From Octopus vulgaris (taxonomy: Eukaryota): a stretch of 64,000 nucleotides of DNA. Position numbers and translations under genes: made by a program. The stretch lies in the NCBI GenBank assembly GCA_951406725.2, contig OX597816.1, positions 18,910,001 to 18,974,000 on the forward strand. Direction: 5' to 3'. Shown here piece by piece: positions 25,198 through 40,149 of the stretch (position 1 is its first letter; the number at the start of each line of letters is the position of its first letter). Below the pieces are notes generated by a model that saw only the letters and a program-made list of their open reading frames with translations, had not been told where the DNA came from and searched no databases.

Positions 25198-27392
25198 CAG
25201 AGAGAGAGAGAGAAGAGAGAGAGAATTAACAAAAAAAAACAAAAGACGAAGGCAACAAACAGATGTATTAGCTTAACGCTCCATATATACATTAATGCGA
25301 ATATAGGAAAGTACTGGCTGTTGAATGGTTTACATTTCTGAAATGGAAGTAAAAGAGTTAGTATAGTCATATGGCATGAAATTCTGTGTGCATGTGTGTG
25401 TGTGTGTGTTTGTGGCGGGTGCTCTTCGATTACATCGCCTGCAGTACTCAACAGGCATTTATATTAAACACCCAGAAAAGATGAAAGGCAAAATCAACGT
25501 TCATGGAATTCGAACTCAGAGAGTAAAAACAGATAAAATGCCACAAATCATCTTGTCCGGCTTGCACTTCTGTCGGAGTGAAATAATATGGAAGGCATAC
25601 GATATTTGGAATTATTTTAATTTTTATATTATATCAAATATTGTATTACATAATTCCCAATGTCTTCTATTTTTAACACTGAAGCGAGCGTTACTTGTGA
25701 CACAATCCAGCGTTATCAGATGAAACCATTTTGCTCATGACAACTGTCTGCAGTCACAATACTTTACTTCGTTGTATATTCTTAAAAGAAATGAAAATAA
25801 TTGCACTAGTCATGCGCACTTAACAGGTTACATGAAGCTCCTCTACTTCTCAACTTATCTGTTTTAGTACTACACCTACGCAGAGCAAAGGGCTATACTC
25901 CTCACAGTCTGAGACGGCTTGATCGTGCATTAGCATAATAGAAATAGATAAAATACTAACAAAACTCAATTTAACTTAACTCTTGACGCCCCCAGACTAT
26001 TAAGTAGAGTAGCCCAATACGTAGATATAGAGGGAGAAATCGAGACGTCGTGGAGTAGCAGTCGTAGTAGACTAGAGCACAGAGAGTGGAGTAGAGTTGA
26101 GTAGTAGAGGCATCCGAACGTGCGACATAATAGATTTATATTTGATCTCGTCGATATGCTGTTTAATATGACCTGAATACATATAAACATGAAGAAAACT
26201 ATTTAATTTTTTAAAGTTTCATTATGTAATAGGATGCTATTGAGATTTTCTTGGTGTGAAAATAGTAATACAAATATCTTCCCAGTTGCTTGTTTTCTGC
26301 AAGAAGATGAATATCTCATTATCATTAACACGAAACAATGAGTTATCAAACACACAGCAATAATATCAGTCTCACCAGGAATATTGTATTCGATATTTCA
26401 CTTGTGAATCTGTCATCAAATGTATGAGAAATCACTATTAAAAGTCTCTGTGCTGCGTAGAATGAACTTCCGTGGCTACTGACCTGGGCGCACGTAATTT
26501 CTTTGACTGATATCTCCATTTACTAGCATTTGAAGTCAAATATTTTCAGACATTTTCACTCTAATAACGGAACCATATTCAGTGAACCATATCATACTGT
26601 CTGCTACATTCTGTATATTCACACTTCAGCTGTCAAATGGCTCTGATATTTATTTGTTATACAATTCTCCAGGAATAACTACAGAAATAACTACACATAA
26701 ATATATGTATTGGCGAGATTGCTGACAAATACAAACAAAAAAAAGAAATGTTTATAATCTATGTATACGGGAATTCCACCAGTAAAGAAGAAGAGCGTTT
26801 GTTTTGTAGTAACAGATGCTTGTGGCAAAACAGAAAATAAAATCATATCAGAAACTTATCTCATATATTATCTCATAAGATAATATATTTGACAAAACTA
26901 TTTTTATTGCGCCACCACAAAGAAAACCTATCTGAAAATTGTAAAAAAAATAAATATCTTGTTTGCGTTTGGCATTTTCTTTTGTATTAAATTTACTAGA
27001 AAAAATATGTTTAGCTTTGCTGTTTTATTGTATGTGGTTCATATTAGAATTTCGTTTACGTTCTTGAGCGAACATTTCAAAGATCCTATCGAAATAATTA
27101 TTATAGGGATTATTTTTATTCCCATTCGTCACATACTTGTTGATGCTATATTCAGATTTTTGGGGGGTTTTATTAATTCTGCAAATTCTTCGAGTGTTAA
27201 TAAATCTATTATCGCAATTGATAATTCATTTTGCAGCCACTTTTGTCCTGATTTTGTTTGCGCATCACATACGAATTTTTCAGAATTTGGATTTTGCGTT
27301 TTACGATTACACCAATTACATTATTCGTTTAATATTTTCATAAGGGCGGAAACATAAGTCCACCGATTTATATATTCTGTATACTCTCTTTG

Positions 27393-27787
27393 TCTTTTAC
27401 TCTTTTACTTGTTTCAGTCATTTGACTGCGGCCATGCAGGAGCACCGCCTTTAATCGAGCAACTCAACCCCGGGACTTATTCTTTGTAAGCCCAGTACTT
27501 ATTCTATCGGTCTCTTTTGTCGAACCGCTAAGTGACGGGGACATAAACACACCAGCATCGGTTGTCAAGCAATGCTAGGGGGACAAACACAGACACACAA
27601 ACATATACATATATATACATATATACGACGGGCTTCTTTCAGTTTCCGTCTACCAAATCCACCCACGAGGCTTTGGTCGGCCCGAGGCTATAGTAGAAGA
27701 CACTTTCCCAAGGTGCCACGCAGTGGGACTGAACCCGGAACCATGACGTTGGTAAACAAGCTACTTACCACACAGCCACTTCTGCGC
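27393..27787 (-). mobile_element. SINE family A, full length
   Basis: Reverse complement of the 11707 copy. Confidence 0.9.
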
Positions 27788-28346
27788 ATACTCCTGTAAG
27801 TTTGTTTTCTTTGTTTTTTGCTTGGTATTTAGTCACGCTATCACAATTTGATCCGATGAGTCCACAAAGCATTACATCTATACATTGCTACCTAAATTAA
27901 TACAATTTTACATGATATACATTACTGTTTTAATGAAACCCGTGTTGCTCATGTTGGCGTGCATTTTCTTATTATTACTATGTAATCGTTGAGTATTATT
28001 CCCCGGAAACATCTATATGGTCCATATGATAGTCGATTGTAGCCAATTCTTTTAATGTTTCTCTTAAAGTGAAATGAAAGCTACACTCAAATTTAAAACC
28101 TATCTAACATAGCATTTATTCAGATCCTTCTTCTTTCAGTTTGACTTATTGGTTGTTACGCGACGCACGATATCAATTACTGCTATGCTGTTATTATTTT
28201 TTGTGGTTGATGTACGTCTTAGTTTTCCCTCCGTCGTTTAAATTTTCACTTCTCTTTTTTTTATTTAAAGAATTTTGCTTTCAAATACAAAATGACTGAT
28301 CGTTAGTAAGGAGAGACACATAAATAAGAAAGAAGAAGGCGAAGGA

Positions 28347-28386
28347 CCACTGATGAGGTCACAGAAGTGTGACGAAAGAACTCTGG
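28347..28386 (+). ncRNA. Minimal type I hammerhead ribozyme
   Basis: CCA-CTGATGA-g-GTCAC-agaagt-GTGAC-GAAA-gaac-TC-TGG. Intact CUGAUGA/GAAA core, CUC triplet. Confidence 0.7.
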
Positions 28387-29394
28387 CCGAAATAAGATTT
28401 AGAATAATGTAAAAAATAAATAAAGCTGAAGCAAATTAACACCAAATATATAGTGCGTGTGTTTTTATTGGCCAAACTGGTAACATGGCCATTCCTAAAT
28501 ACAAAATTTTTACTTTCGTTTTACGTTTTCTTTCTTTTTGAACCTCATATTTATTAACCTGGAAATATATTGTCCTACTTTAGTAACAATGGTAGAGTCC
28601 AACCGAAGTGGTGTGTTGTTTGCTCTGCAGACTGTATGCACATGTTCCTGGAGACAGTCATTTAAAGAAAGTGTAGTTCGCTGGTCATCTATATTAGTGT
28701 ATTTCTTTATGCCACTGTATAGCTGTCGTTCAAAAACGAATGATTTTAGTTTTCTTTTATTGTACAAGTGTTGGGAAATAATTACAAGCCAATCAATATA
28801 GCTAATTAACTATGAACTAATCACAATAAACAAAACATTGAAACAATAATAGATAATTCTATCACAATGTAAAACAGTGAAAAGAGTGTTAAGTGAAATT
28901 AAGGAGCAGCGACTACTATGTCAAATTATATTTCTGAAGACCTTGGGAGATAATAAACTGGCGAAAGATAAAAGTTTATGGCGCGAACAGAATGATTAGG
29001 AATAGTAGGGAAAATACAACACAATGTGGCCAAATCTACGGTCAGAGAATCATATTGAGAAAAATAGGTCCATATAGCCTTCATTATACATAGTATAATA
29101 CCTTCATATTAATAACAGTTAATTAATCGCAGACCGTTACTGAATAAAGGAAATGATGAGAAATCTACGTTATAAAATAAGGAGAAATCAAATTACCATC
29201 TGTCTCATTACAACCATCGGTATGAACAATATAAATGTTATCAATATACGATGCAGTGAGGAAGTGTGAGTTTGGTTTCGGATATTTACATCAACGAAAA
29301 GCAAAATGTCTACTATGAGAGCGTGAACAAACAGCAACGAAATCTATATATCATCGATAAGCATGGCGTTAATTGTCGAATATTGATTATTTTC

Positions 29395-29790
29395 TTTTAA
29401 TCTTTTACTTGTTTTAGTCATCTGACTGGGGCCATGCTGGAACACCGCCTTTAGTCGAACAAGTCGAACCCAGGACTTATTCTTTGTAAGTCTAATACTT
29501 ATTCTAACCTCTCTTTTTGCCGGACCGCTAAGTGACACAAACACAGCAGTATCTGTTTTCATCGCTGGGAGGACAAACGCAGACACAAATAACAAATATA
29601 TATACACATACAAACATATATGTACGACGGCCTGCTTTTAGTTTCTATCTACCAAATCCAATCACCAAGCTTTGGTCGGCCCGAGGCTTATAGTAGAAGA
29701 CACTCTCTCAAGGTGCCACACAGTGCACACAGTGGGAATGATCCAGGAACCATGTTGTTGGGAAGCAAGATTCGTACTACACATCCACTC
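29395..29790 (-). mobile_element. SINE family A, diverged
   Basis: Reverse-complement match with indels. Confidence 0.8.
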
Positions 29791-30199
29791 CTTCACTTAT
29801 CGAAGTACAAAGCTAACATGAAGCTGGTAGCGTGATTATCTCAACCGTAAACATAATAAGGGTGCCATAATTGTATTGAAATCCACTTCCAAATGACATA
29901 TAGTTATAAATATCGGAGATGGTTTTTCCTAATTAGAAAACGCTAGAGCAAATCTTAGCATTTGCAACCACTTCTTGTGAATCCATCGCAATGTCAGAAT
30001 CCCTCGGATAACATCAGCAAGCCACAAGCGTCTTGCTCCTTTAGCGTGTGCGCAAGGCTTCAGTGGGAGGACTGAATTGATCTTCGGCTGTAAAAGGTTT
30101 CCACATAGGGTCTCTGGCCAGCTAGAGCCACTTATACCTTGTCTTAACTCTTATGCCTATCCACTTGATTTTCTTTCTTCAGTTGCTTGGGTTTCAGAC

Positions 30200-30607
30200 T
30201 CTCTCTCTTTACTCTTTTAATTGTTTCAGTCATTTGACTGCGGCCATTCTGAAGCACCAGATTTAATCGAGCAACTCGACCCCGGGACTTATTCTTTTGT
30301 AAGCCCAGTACTTATTCTATCGGTCTCTTTTGCCGAACCGCCAAGTAATGGGGACACAAACACACCAGCACCGGTTTTCAAGCAATGCTAGAGGAACAAA
30401 CACAGACACACAAACACATATACATATATATATACATATATACGACGGTTTTCCTTCAGTTTCCGTCTACCAAATCCACTCACAAGGCATTGGTCGGCCC
30501 GAGGCTATAGTAGAAGACACTTGCCCAAGGAGTCACGCAGTGGGACTGAACCCGGAACCATGTGGTTGGTAAACAAGCTACTTACCACACAGCCACTCCT
30601 GCGCCTA
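30200..30607 (-). mobile_element. SINE family A, full length
   Basis: Ends ..cacagccactcctgcgcct. Confidence 0.9.
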
Positions 30608-31954
30608 TAAAGATTTAGCACGAGACTATTTATTTCAGTAATAATTTGAATAATATAAATTTGCATTTAGAATAGTGTAGGTCGTATAACTTTAGATAAA
30701 CCTGATTTATTACTCTTCAAGCTCGTAGAGATATCAAGCAGTGATTTCCATTGTTAGGTGGCTGCTTGCACCATACGATGAATATGAGGTCTCGCAAATC
30801 TGGTGTAAATTTAACGAAATGCTTCGGATTAAAATATGAATGGTCGAGAAAAGTAAGAATTATAATCCAAATAACTATCTTCATTCGCGAGCAAATTTAC
30901 CTGTCAGGTTGGTGTAATCCCACATAGTATTCATATAACAAATGTCTAAATTGTAAAAGATAAGTGTTACGGACTCCTCTATCATTTCATGTAGTATTCT
31001 ATTATAAAGCTGTGTAATGTCAAGTATCCATGTCTCAGAAAATCCAAAGGATATTATTATTCAGTGAGGTCTATATAAAAAAAACATATCTTCGGGAGAT
31101 TTCAGAAATGAACTAACATTTATTTAACTACATGAATTCCGTAGGATTACAGCCGTTTCACTATCTCACTCATGTTGCATTAATTTCAGTAATAAATATA
31201 TTAGCATTCACCAACGGGGTTGTATATTAACAATATAAGGCATGGAAAGAAAACTAGCTCATCAGATCACCGGAGCGTGGTTACATCAACAGTTGAAGTC
31301 TAAATATACAAACAAAATTTTTCATTTTTATGCATAATGAATAGAATGCTAAAACCGGACAATAGATTTGATTACAGTCAAGTTAATTTGTCTTTTTATT
31401 ATGGAAAAAAAAGTTTTCTTCACTTATGAACACCCTATATCATTCCACTAAAGTTTTTCGAGAGAAATTTCTAAAAATTCTAATGAAAGAAAAATATTAT
31501 AAACGCAAGATAATTAACGAGCCAAACAGGAATACTACATGAAATATATTGCCAGAAATCACTTGTTACTTTTTTGCTGAATGACAATTTTTATATTAGT
31601 TTAGAGTCTCAATATCATAAGGGGAATAGTGGCTTGTATTTAAAGCTTAACGATCAATATTGATGTAAAGATATTGGCAGGAGTGCTGAAAATCTGGAAA
31701 ATTGAAGTATTTTTGATATTAATTGTTCCCTTTATTACCTCCGGTGCTAAGGCGTATATGGATAAAAAGCAAAAACAAAAAACAAAGAAATAATTGTGAT
31801 AAAAACGCAATTCAAATTGACAGTAATTTAGACTACATTAGAAAACATATTAAAGTATGTGCACATATATACATAGACACATGCATAAGTATATATATAT
31901 ATTGTATCAATCTATCTATCAACCTATATGTAAATATATATATGAATGTATATC

Positions 31955-32010
<56 letters not shown>

Positions 32011-32044
32011 TGTATATATATGTATATATATATATATATGAAAG

Positions 32045-32151
<107 letters not shown>

Positions 32152-32720
32152 ACATATACATATATATTATTTTTACATATATGATTATGGAAATATGTCT
32201 AAAGATATATATCAGTATACGAATATATTCTTGCCTGCACACACACCCATATACATACACACACACAGATATGTGCACACATATGCAGAAAAAATGAAAG
32301 TAAAATATATAGTAAACAAAACAATAAGGAAACTACCCGTACACATATGCGGAGTTTCCCATTAGAGTGCTTCACTGAAACCCATATTATGTGATTATTT
32401 CAATTCAATGCTCTGTGAATTTAAATATTCTTAATATCGACATTGAAGCTTTGCGTGAGAAAACTATATGCTGGTGTGGGTTAGAATGTCTTGACATATT
32501 TAAGATGGCGGACAACAAATTGTTCTTCGGTGCTTAAGACATATCTCTTGCATGCTACCCGTAATATGTAAACATCTCGCCACCAATACACCTTAACTTC
32601 TTATCTAAAATATCTTGAATGTAGTTTTAATCGGGAAATCATGTAAATAACGTTTGCTTCAGAAATACTCGACATAAAATTATATAAATCTCCTGGAACA
32701 AATGTCTTCTTTTGTATATT

Positions 32721-33107
32721 GGCCTAGGAGTGGGTGCGTGGTAAGTAGCTTGCTTACCAACCACATGGTTCCGTGTTCAGTCCCACTGCTTGGCACCTTA
32801 GGCAAGTGTCTTCCACTATAGCCTCGGGCCGACCAAAGCCTTGTGAGTAGATTTGGTAGACGGAAACTGAAAGAAGCACGTCGTATATATGTATATATAT
32901 GTGTATCTTTGTGTGTCTATTTTTGTCCTCCAGCATCGCTTGACAACCGATGCTGGTGTGTTTACGTCCCCGTAAATTAGCGGTTCGGCAAAAGTGACTG
33001 ATAGAATAAGTACTAGGCTTACAAAGAATAAGTCCTGGGATCGATTTGCTCGACTAAAGGCAGTGCTCCAGCATGGCCACATTCAGATAACTGAAACAAG
33101 TAAAAAA
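32721..33107 (+). mobile_element. SINE family A, full length
   Basis: ggcctaggagtgg..gtggtaagtagcttgcttaccaaccacatggttcc..ctgaaacaagtaaaa. Confidence 0.9.
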
Positions 33108-34459
33108 ATAATGTTTCTATTACATCTCTGAAGATACACATTTGATCTCACATTATTTTTTGCTTTTCTTTTATCTCTCCAGCGTTCCCGATGATTTCCC
33201 TTCACCGATCGTTCTGTAAGAAATCTCCATTTTTGCGTATGCTGGTGAGTCACGTCTAGTAGTGCAAGGTAAAATAGACGAAGGCTACTTACACTGAAGT
33301 AACTTCGACCATCGTCTTAATATCGGTGAAGGAATGATGCATCTAGTGGTACTTGAAAAATGATGTTTTACGTGTTCTGGAGTTGCAAGTTACAGCTCTT
33401 CCGTCGATCTCTCATTTCTGCATCTACCGATTCTTAAGAGGTAAAAACAATCAAAATCAAAATTACAGCTGTGTTTTCATCGCTGCACATCTGACCTTGT
33501 TCATTTATTTTCCTCTTCTTGACAAGGCCAACTCCAAAATAAACCCAATCCTTCGTAGATTACAAATGGCTTGTTTTCCTAACTGAAAACAACAGTCCCC
33601 ATGATGCTGTTATTCAATTCCACGGTCGTTAGTTGTGTTTAGTGCGCTACAATTAATACGTAACTGATTGTTATTTCCATTCACTTCAAAGCGAAACATT
33701 TGTTGCACCACCCATGTTTTGTCGCACTGTCACATAAACAGGTTCTATACTTTGACAACAGGACATACTAACCCTTGAGAGAAACATCGGTATATAGAGG
33801 AAATATAAATTTACACATAGCTTTCGGCTACTTACAAATGCATTCTGTAACGGTATAAAAAGGAACCACTTTTAAAAATAATTCAAATATATAAGTCTTC
33901 CTCTTTCAGCCATTTAAATAAATGTGAGACAGGGACCAATTGATTCAACACATATTACTGTCGCTCAAATAATTTTGCTTAATGAATTTATTTCTCTTTT
34001 GGTAGCCATTTTGTTGATAGAAATATTTACAAAATTCTTTCTGACAATTTTTTCCAGCTTTCCACTATTAAGATGTACATTTTCACGGCTTGTTCCTGTG
34101 CAGATTGGTGCAGCTGCTGTTGCATTTGAGCCTGTTGTTAATTATTTCATAACACCCCAGAAAGTATTCCAGTTAAGGTACTTGAATTTTATAATCCTAT
34201 TATGTATAAGGTGTGACATAGATATTTTCAGGAGATTTTCTTCAAAATTTTACTATTTCTTAGTTTGTTCTTCTTGTGAATGCCTTCTTGATCGATCTCC
34301 CTTGGAGGCGTTCTCTGCTGGGAATATATCTTCCTTGGAATGATTGCAGAACCTGAATAATAAAATAATGTAAAACTTCACATATACCATTCTGAATAAG
34401 TGGGGAGGACACAGTTAGTGTCTCCCTGAAAATTTTCTATTCAACAATATCTAAAATTA

Positions 34460-34734
34460 CAGTAATCCCTCGCCATATCGCGGTACTCCTATCGCGGTTC
34501 TCATATCGCGGTTCACCCGTCGCGATTCACCTATAACGTTTCACTTATCATGATTTATTATTCAATCTGACGTCGGTCAGTCCGCGGTGTGGATTTGCAT
34601 TTATGATAAAAGAAATATATACAAATTATAAAAAATAAACAGTATAGTACAGTTTCAACTTCGCGGATTTTCACTTATCGGGGGTAGGAGCGGCATTTTG
34701 AAAAGTAGCTCCCACGATAGTCGAGGGATTCCTC
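34460..34734. mobile_element. Tc1/mariner (pogo/Tigger-like) MITE
   Basis: TA|CAGTAATCCCTCG ... CGAGGGATTcCTc|TA. Internal subterminal ATCGCGG repeats. Confidence 0.75.
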
Positions 34735-34824
34735 TAAATATGATTTTGCTATTTGTTACACTGTAAAAGATGAAGCCGTTTGCAGCCCAGAAAAGATGAG
34801 TATACCACACGAATTAATAATAAT

Positions 34825-34895
<71 letters not shown>

Positions 34896-34905
34896 TGACG
34901 ATGAC

Positions 34906-34936
<31 letters not shown>

Positions 34937-35009
34937 GTGATGGTGATGGTGATGATGATGATGATGATAAGAAGAAAAAGAAAAAGAAAAAGAAGAAGAA
35001 GAAGAAGAA

Positions 35010-35215
35010 GTAATTATAAGGATTTCCTGATAGAAATTGAAGAAAATGGGGCACCTTAAGGCGACTACAGTACCAGTGATTGTAGGAACTCTAGGAATGA
35101 TAAAAAGGTACCGAAACCTATTTGAAAATGATGCCAGGTTTACCATTCCCACAGGAAGTGAAGAAAATCGTGTTAACTGGAACGACTCATGTACTGGGAA
35201 GAGCATTATCGCTGT
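35010..35215 (+). pseudogene. Fragment of the restriction-like endonuclease C-terminus of an R4/Dong (R2-group) retrotransposon
   Basis: Frameshifted YKDFLIEIE..(W)HLKATTVPVIVGTLGMIK..KIVLTGTTHVL..AL, matching the KYxDL..EI..MW..VPVIVGALG RLE motif. Lies beside (AAT)n/(GAT)n/(GAA)n tracts. Confidence 0.7.
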
Positions 35216-35387
35216 GAAAACAACATCCATTCATGAATTCATTTGTTTATTAATTAATTTTTAAATACATATTTCACCTGTGAATTTGCGTATATATACT
35301 GGGAATGCATACAATGAGCTTCTCTGCCCTAGGTGTATGGAAAACACTCGGCGAGAAACGGAAAAAAATTTGAAGAAAGGAAAATAT

Positions 35388-35418
<31 letters not shown>

Positions 35419-35444
35419 CTACCACCACCAACAACAACAACAAC

Positions 35445-35506
<62 letters not shown>

Positions 35507-36839
35507 TAATAATAATAATAATAAGAAGAAGAAGAAGAAGAAAAAGAAGAAGAAAAAGAAGAAGAAGAGGAAGAAAAGAAGTAGAATTATAATGAAATAT
35601 TGTGAAGCGTTGTGTCGAATATATTCTATAGAGTATCATGGGTAAGAGAGTGTCTTAAAATCTCTATGCCTTTCTTTCTGTTGACAGACCTTACAAACGA
35701 TGCTGCATGCGGGGATATCATTATACAGGTATATATTCCCGTATGAATCATTCTTTAAGACACTATCATATATCGAAGTATTCTCACATGCACAGCACGT
35801 TACGTATTTATTCCTGAGGATCTTGTCGTTATTTTACCTGACATGAAAATGCACTTAATACAACTTCAGCAAGACATGTATAACAACATATTTCGCAATC
35901 TTATGGAAAATCTTCATCTTTATTTAGCCTGTGCAAATGGTGAATGTCAAATGTGTATTTTGTTCAGAATTACTTGTATTATTTACTGGTTTTCTGCGTT
36001 GGTACAGATCATAAATCATTTCTTTCTCAGCCGACCTCACATATTTTAAATATTTATGAAGCAACGTCTTACCAATGTAATCATTGGTTTGTGTTAATGA
36101 CACCTCCCATTCAGCGATGACCATACAATATCTGCATCTATGCTTTTTAATCATCCATTCGTGCAATACGAAAAAATCTGTTGTAACGGATGTCTATGGA
36201 TCATTGCCTCCTCTCTGATGTCCTGAGATTGCCTCAAATCCTTTGAGGCGTCTCTGACGTGCATCCTCCACATAGATTATACTGTAGGTATCTCTGATGA
36301 AGTCCCCCTTAAATACAGGATATTTGTAACAGAGTAATGCGTCAAAAAAATGAGGAAAGTAAGTTAATACACGCGCAATTTCTTCTGCAATCCATGTGCG
36401 CAGCGGCATGACATGCTGGGAAAGGAAACGGGAAAAGATCATTCAAGCTATGACTTGCTTTGCGTTGACTTAGAAAAATATTTTGTTATTTAAGAAGCAA
36501 GGACGTCCGACTGTGCTGCTACGATAAACAAGCCTGTTTGATATTTTCATTTCTGTTGATTCAACTAATATACATTGCTTCATATATGAGATTCTTTGGT
36601 CGGGATGGAATATCACAGGGCTTTTTATTAATCTTTCCCAACTAAAGCTTACTGCAGATGTGTTAGAACATGTAGATTCTAGATCAAGTATTCCTCTGTA
36701 AACGTGATTCATAAGTAAACTATTGAATCTAATCTGCATTGGGAAGTTAACTTACAAATTTAAGAGATATTTAGGAGAGCTCTACCTCATATGGTACACC
36801 AGGAGATCAATCAGCTGCAAAATCGTAAGAAATGAAATA

Positions 36840-37073
36840 CCTATTTCTTTATTACCCACAAGGGGCTAAACACAGAGGGAACAAACAAGGACAGACATAG
36901 GTATTAAGTCGATTACATCGACCCCAGTTCGTAACTGGTACTTAATTTATCGACCCCGAAAGGATGAAAGGCAAAGTCGACCTCGGCGGAATTTGAACTC
37001 AGAACGTAACGCAGACGAAATACCGCTAAGCATTTCGCCCGGCGTGCTAACGTTTCTGCCAGCTCGCCGCCTT
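36840..37073 (-). mobile_element. SINE family B, full length and well preserved
   Basis: Ends ..ttctgccagctcgccgcctt. The sequence atgaaatacc is repeated on both flanks (TSD-like). Confidence 0.9.
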
Positions 37074-37918
37074 GTATGAGATGAAATACCACAATATGAA
37101 TGGAAATGATAGGTTGAAAAGGACGTCATAATTGTTTTATATATTTCCCTACTGGGGTGTTTTCTAACATCCTTAGGATAATATTTAAGTTTCCATTCTT
37201 TTCACTGTGAAACAATTTCACTTTCAAAATATCTTAAGTAGCAATATGGCAAGATCATCCTAGTCACAGAGTTGACAGTATCATAGTAATTTTTTAGTCA
37301 TTGAGAATAATCTCAAACATTGTCCTTCACATAGCAACTCTCTTGTATTGGATCCGTTTGGGTATTAGCATTCGTTCATTCTCCGCAAGAAAAGTTACCA
37401 CAATTAGATAGATTACTTTCATTCAAGAAGTACATTATTAAAGAAAAATCTGTGATATTACTGATAGAAACTTACACAGAGATAAAATAGGTACGCACTT
37501 TCACTATATTGAGACGATTTCCTGTATCAAATGAAATATAATTGTATAGATTCCATCCGAGAGGACAGCACAACCTTCGAAGGGTATAATAATTAGCAGA
37601 ATATATTCTTCTGTGAGATAACTACAGCGAAAGTGCGAACCTTAACTTAAAATATCCGCATTAGTATTTCTAAAATAAACAAGGGAAGAAAAATCTGGTT
37701 TTAGACGCCATATCATCTACATCACGGACACGGTATAATTCAGTACGTTGCTCGGTTCAACGACATGCAATCACAATGAAATCACCTGCAACACACAAAT
37801 ACACATCATACACATACACACACACGCTCGTGCGCGATTATATTACAGCCTCTGATTTTTAATTCCCTTACTACGCCTTTCTCGCTCTCATTTTCTGTCA
37901 GTCACATGTTCTCATTCA

Positions 37919-38024
<106 letters not shown>

Positions 38025-38293
38025 CACACGCACAGGCATTATATATATATTCGTGTGTGTAATATAAGCGGCTAATAACAGTGAAATCTAGCATGGCTGT
38101 TTTTGGCGGTATAACTATTCTAGCACCCGAACTCCTCTGAATATGTTGTTGTTCACATTTTTTTTTATGAACGTAAGACGAATATCAAAATAATGCTAGA
38201 GGAAACCGCGATAGAGAATGGAATTTATGTTTAATATTAAAATGATAAATAATAATACTAACATTAATGCTGACATCAACAACAACAACAATG

Positions 38294-38347
<54 letters not shown>

Positions 38348-38352
38348 TTAAT

Positions 38353-38412
<60 letters not shown>

Positions 38413-38817
38413 AACAGCAACATTTTATAAAGACCTTATAACTTTTCATTTATTACTTGTTGAAAGAACAGAGGCACAAATACGAAATTCAATACGCGAT
38501 TGAAATCGAATTCAATTTTCGAAAGTATATCTTTCAGCCTAATGTATGCTTTCACTAACGTTATTCTTTCATCAGATATACAATGACGTTATGATAGCCA
38601 TATGATTTATCTATATTCGATAATATTTGAGACAATAACAAGTTGTATTCAATGCCACTTCAGTCAATGTATGCTTCATATCTTCCTGAAAGCTCATTCA
38701 ATACAAAAAAAAAATAATAAAAATAGATACATGATTGATTGAAAGGGCTTTGTGGACGCGTACACAATAGAATATAGATTTTTACAATAGAAGCCACTAG
38801 AATGTGTGTATATATAT

Positions 38818-38874
<57 letters not shown>

Positions 38875-39026
38875 TATATATATGGGTACATAGGAATATA
38901 TATGTTTATATATATGTTTATATATATATATATATATATACTTATATATATGTATATATATATCTATATACTTATATATATGTATATATATATATATGCA
39001 TATATATATATGCATATATATATATG

Positions 39027-39115
<89 letters not shown>

Positions 39116-39649
39116 CCATATATATAACACATATATAAATATATATTCTTAAAATGTTTCGTGCCCTAGAGAGCTCTTTAACGTTATATAAGGAAAAAAA
39201 GTGAATGCTTTTCATTTAAAGTCCTGAGGTGTTCTTAGATTATCTTCATTAAGTTTCAACTGCAAAATAATATCTACCTTTTCTTGACAGAACTTCACAA
39301 TTCACTTTATGCCTTGTGTGATTAAAATGTTTCGTAGAATCGCTAATAATATTCATTTTTGTTAATAACTAACTACAATAAAACGGCAATATATCTGTCA
39401 CTTTCGTTTCACTGCAAAAGAGGCCTTCTATGTGTTACGTGTTAATAGAATGTGATGACAGCAATGATATTCTTAGTTGAAAGGAATTTCTATGCAACCG
39501 TTTGCAGCTACAAATCTCTCAAATTGCCGTAATTATATTATTCATAATGAAACCAATCAAACCAAATTTTGTATAACAGCAACCAGAGCACACAATGAAA
39601 ATATATGAAACTGAGTAACGAAAATAATTAAACGAAACCGAATGATGTG

Positions 39650-39684
<35 letters not shown>

Positions 39685-39837
39685 CTCTTTTTATTTTTAT
39701 TTCTCTTTCCCTTTCAGACTTACGACTATTAGTGGTTTGGAGTTTAACTGCTCTTTCTAGTGATTCAGATGTTCTATTATGGTCTTCTGTTGTGTGTTTA
39801 ATTGCACACTGTATTTTATATATATATGTATGTATAT

Positions 39838-39924
<87 letters not shown>

Positions 39925-40149
39925 GTACCAAACAAACATGATTTTTGTTGAACTCAAAATAATTTTCTTGAATACATTTTTGTAAACTATTTTTAACACA
40001 TTTTCTTATCATTATGAAAGAATCTATTTTAATATTTTTGTGATAACCAGTACTTAACACATCAAAGCTTATTCAAAGATTTACATTTTACTTTTGACAA
40101 TAATTTTCCCAAAAAGTGAAACTGGTCAAGTCAATAAACCTATCTAAAT

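Noticed and set aside
34240-34355. Possible minus-strand exon (ttcag acceptor near 34353)
   Set aside because: All three frames stop within about 40 codons and no homology was recognised.
35650-36450. Faint Helitron Rep-like peptide echoes (also at about 58410-59450)
   Set aside because: Too degenerate to support by eye; would need a translated profile-HMM search.
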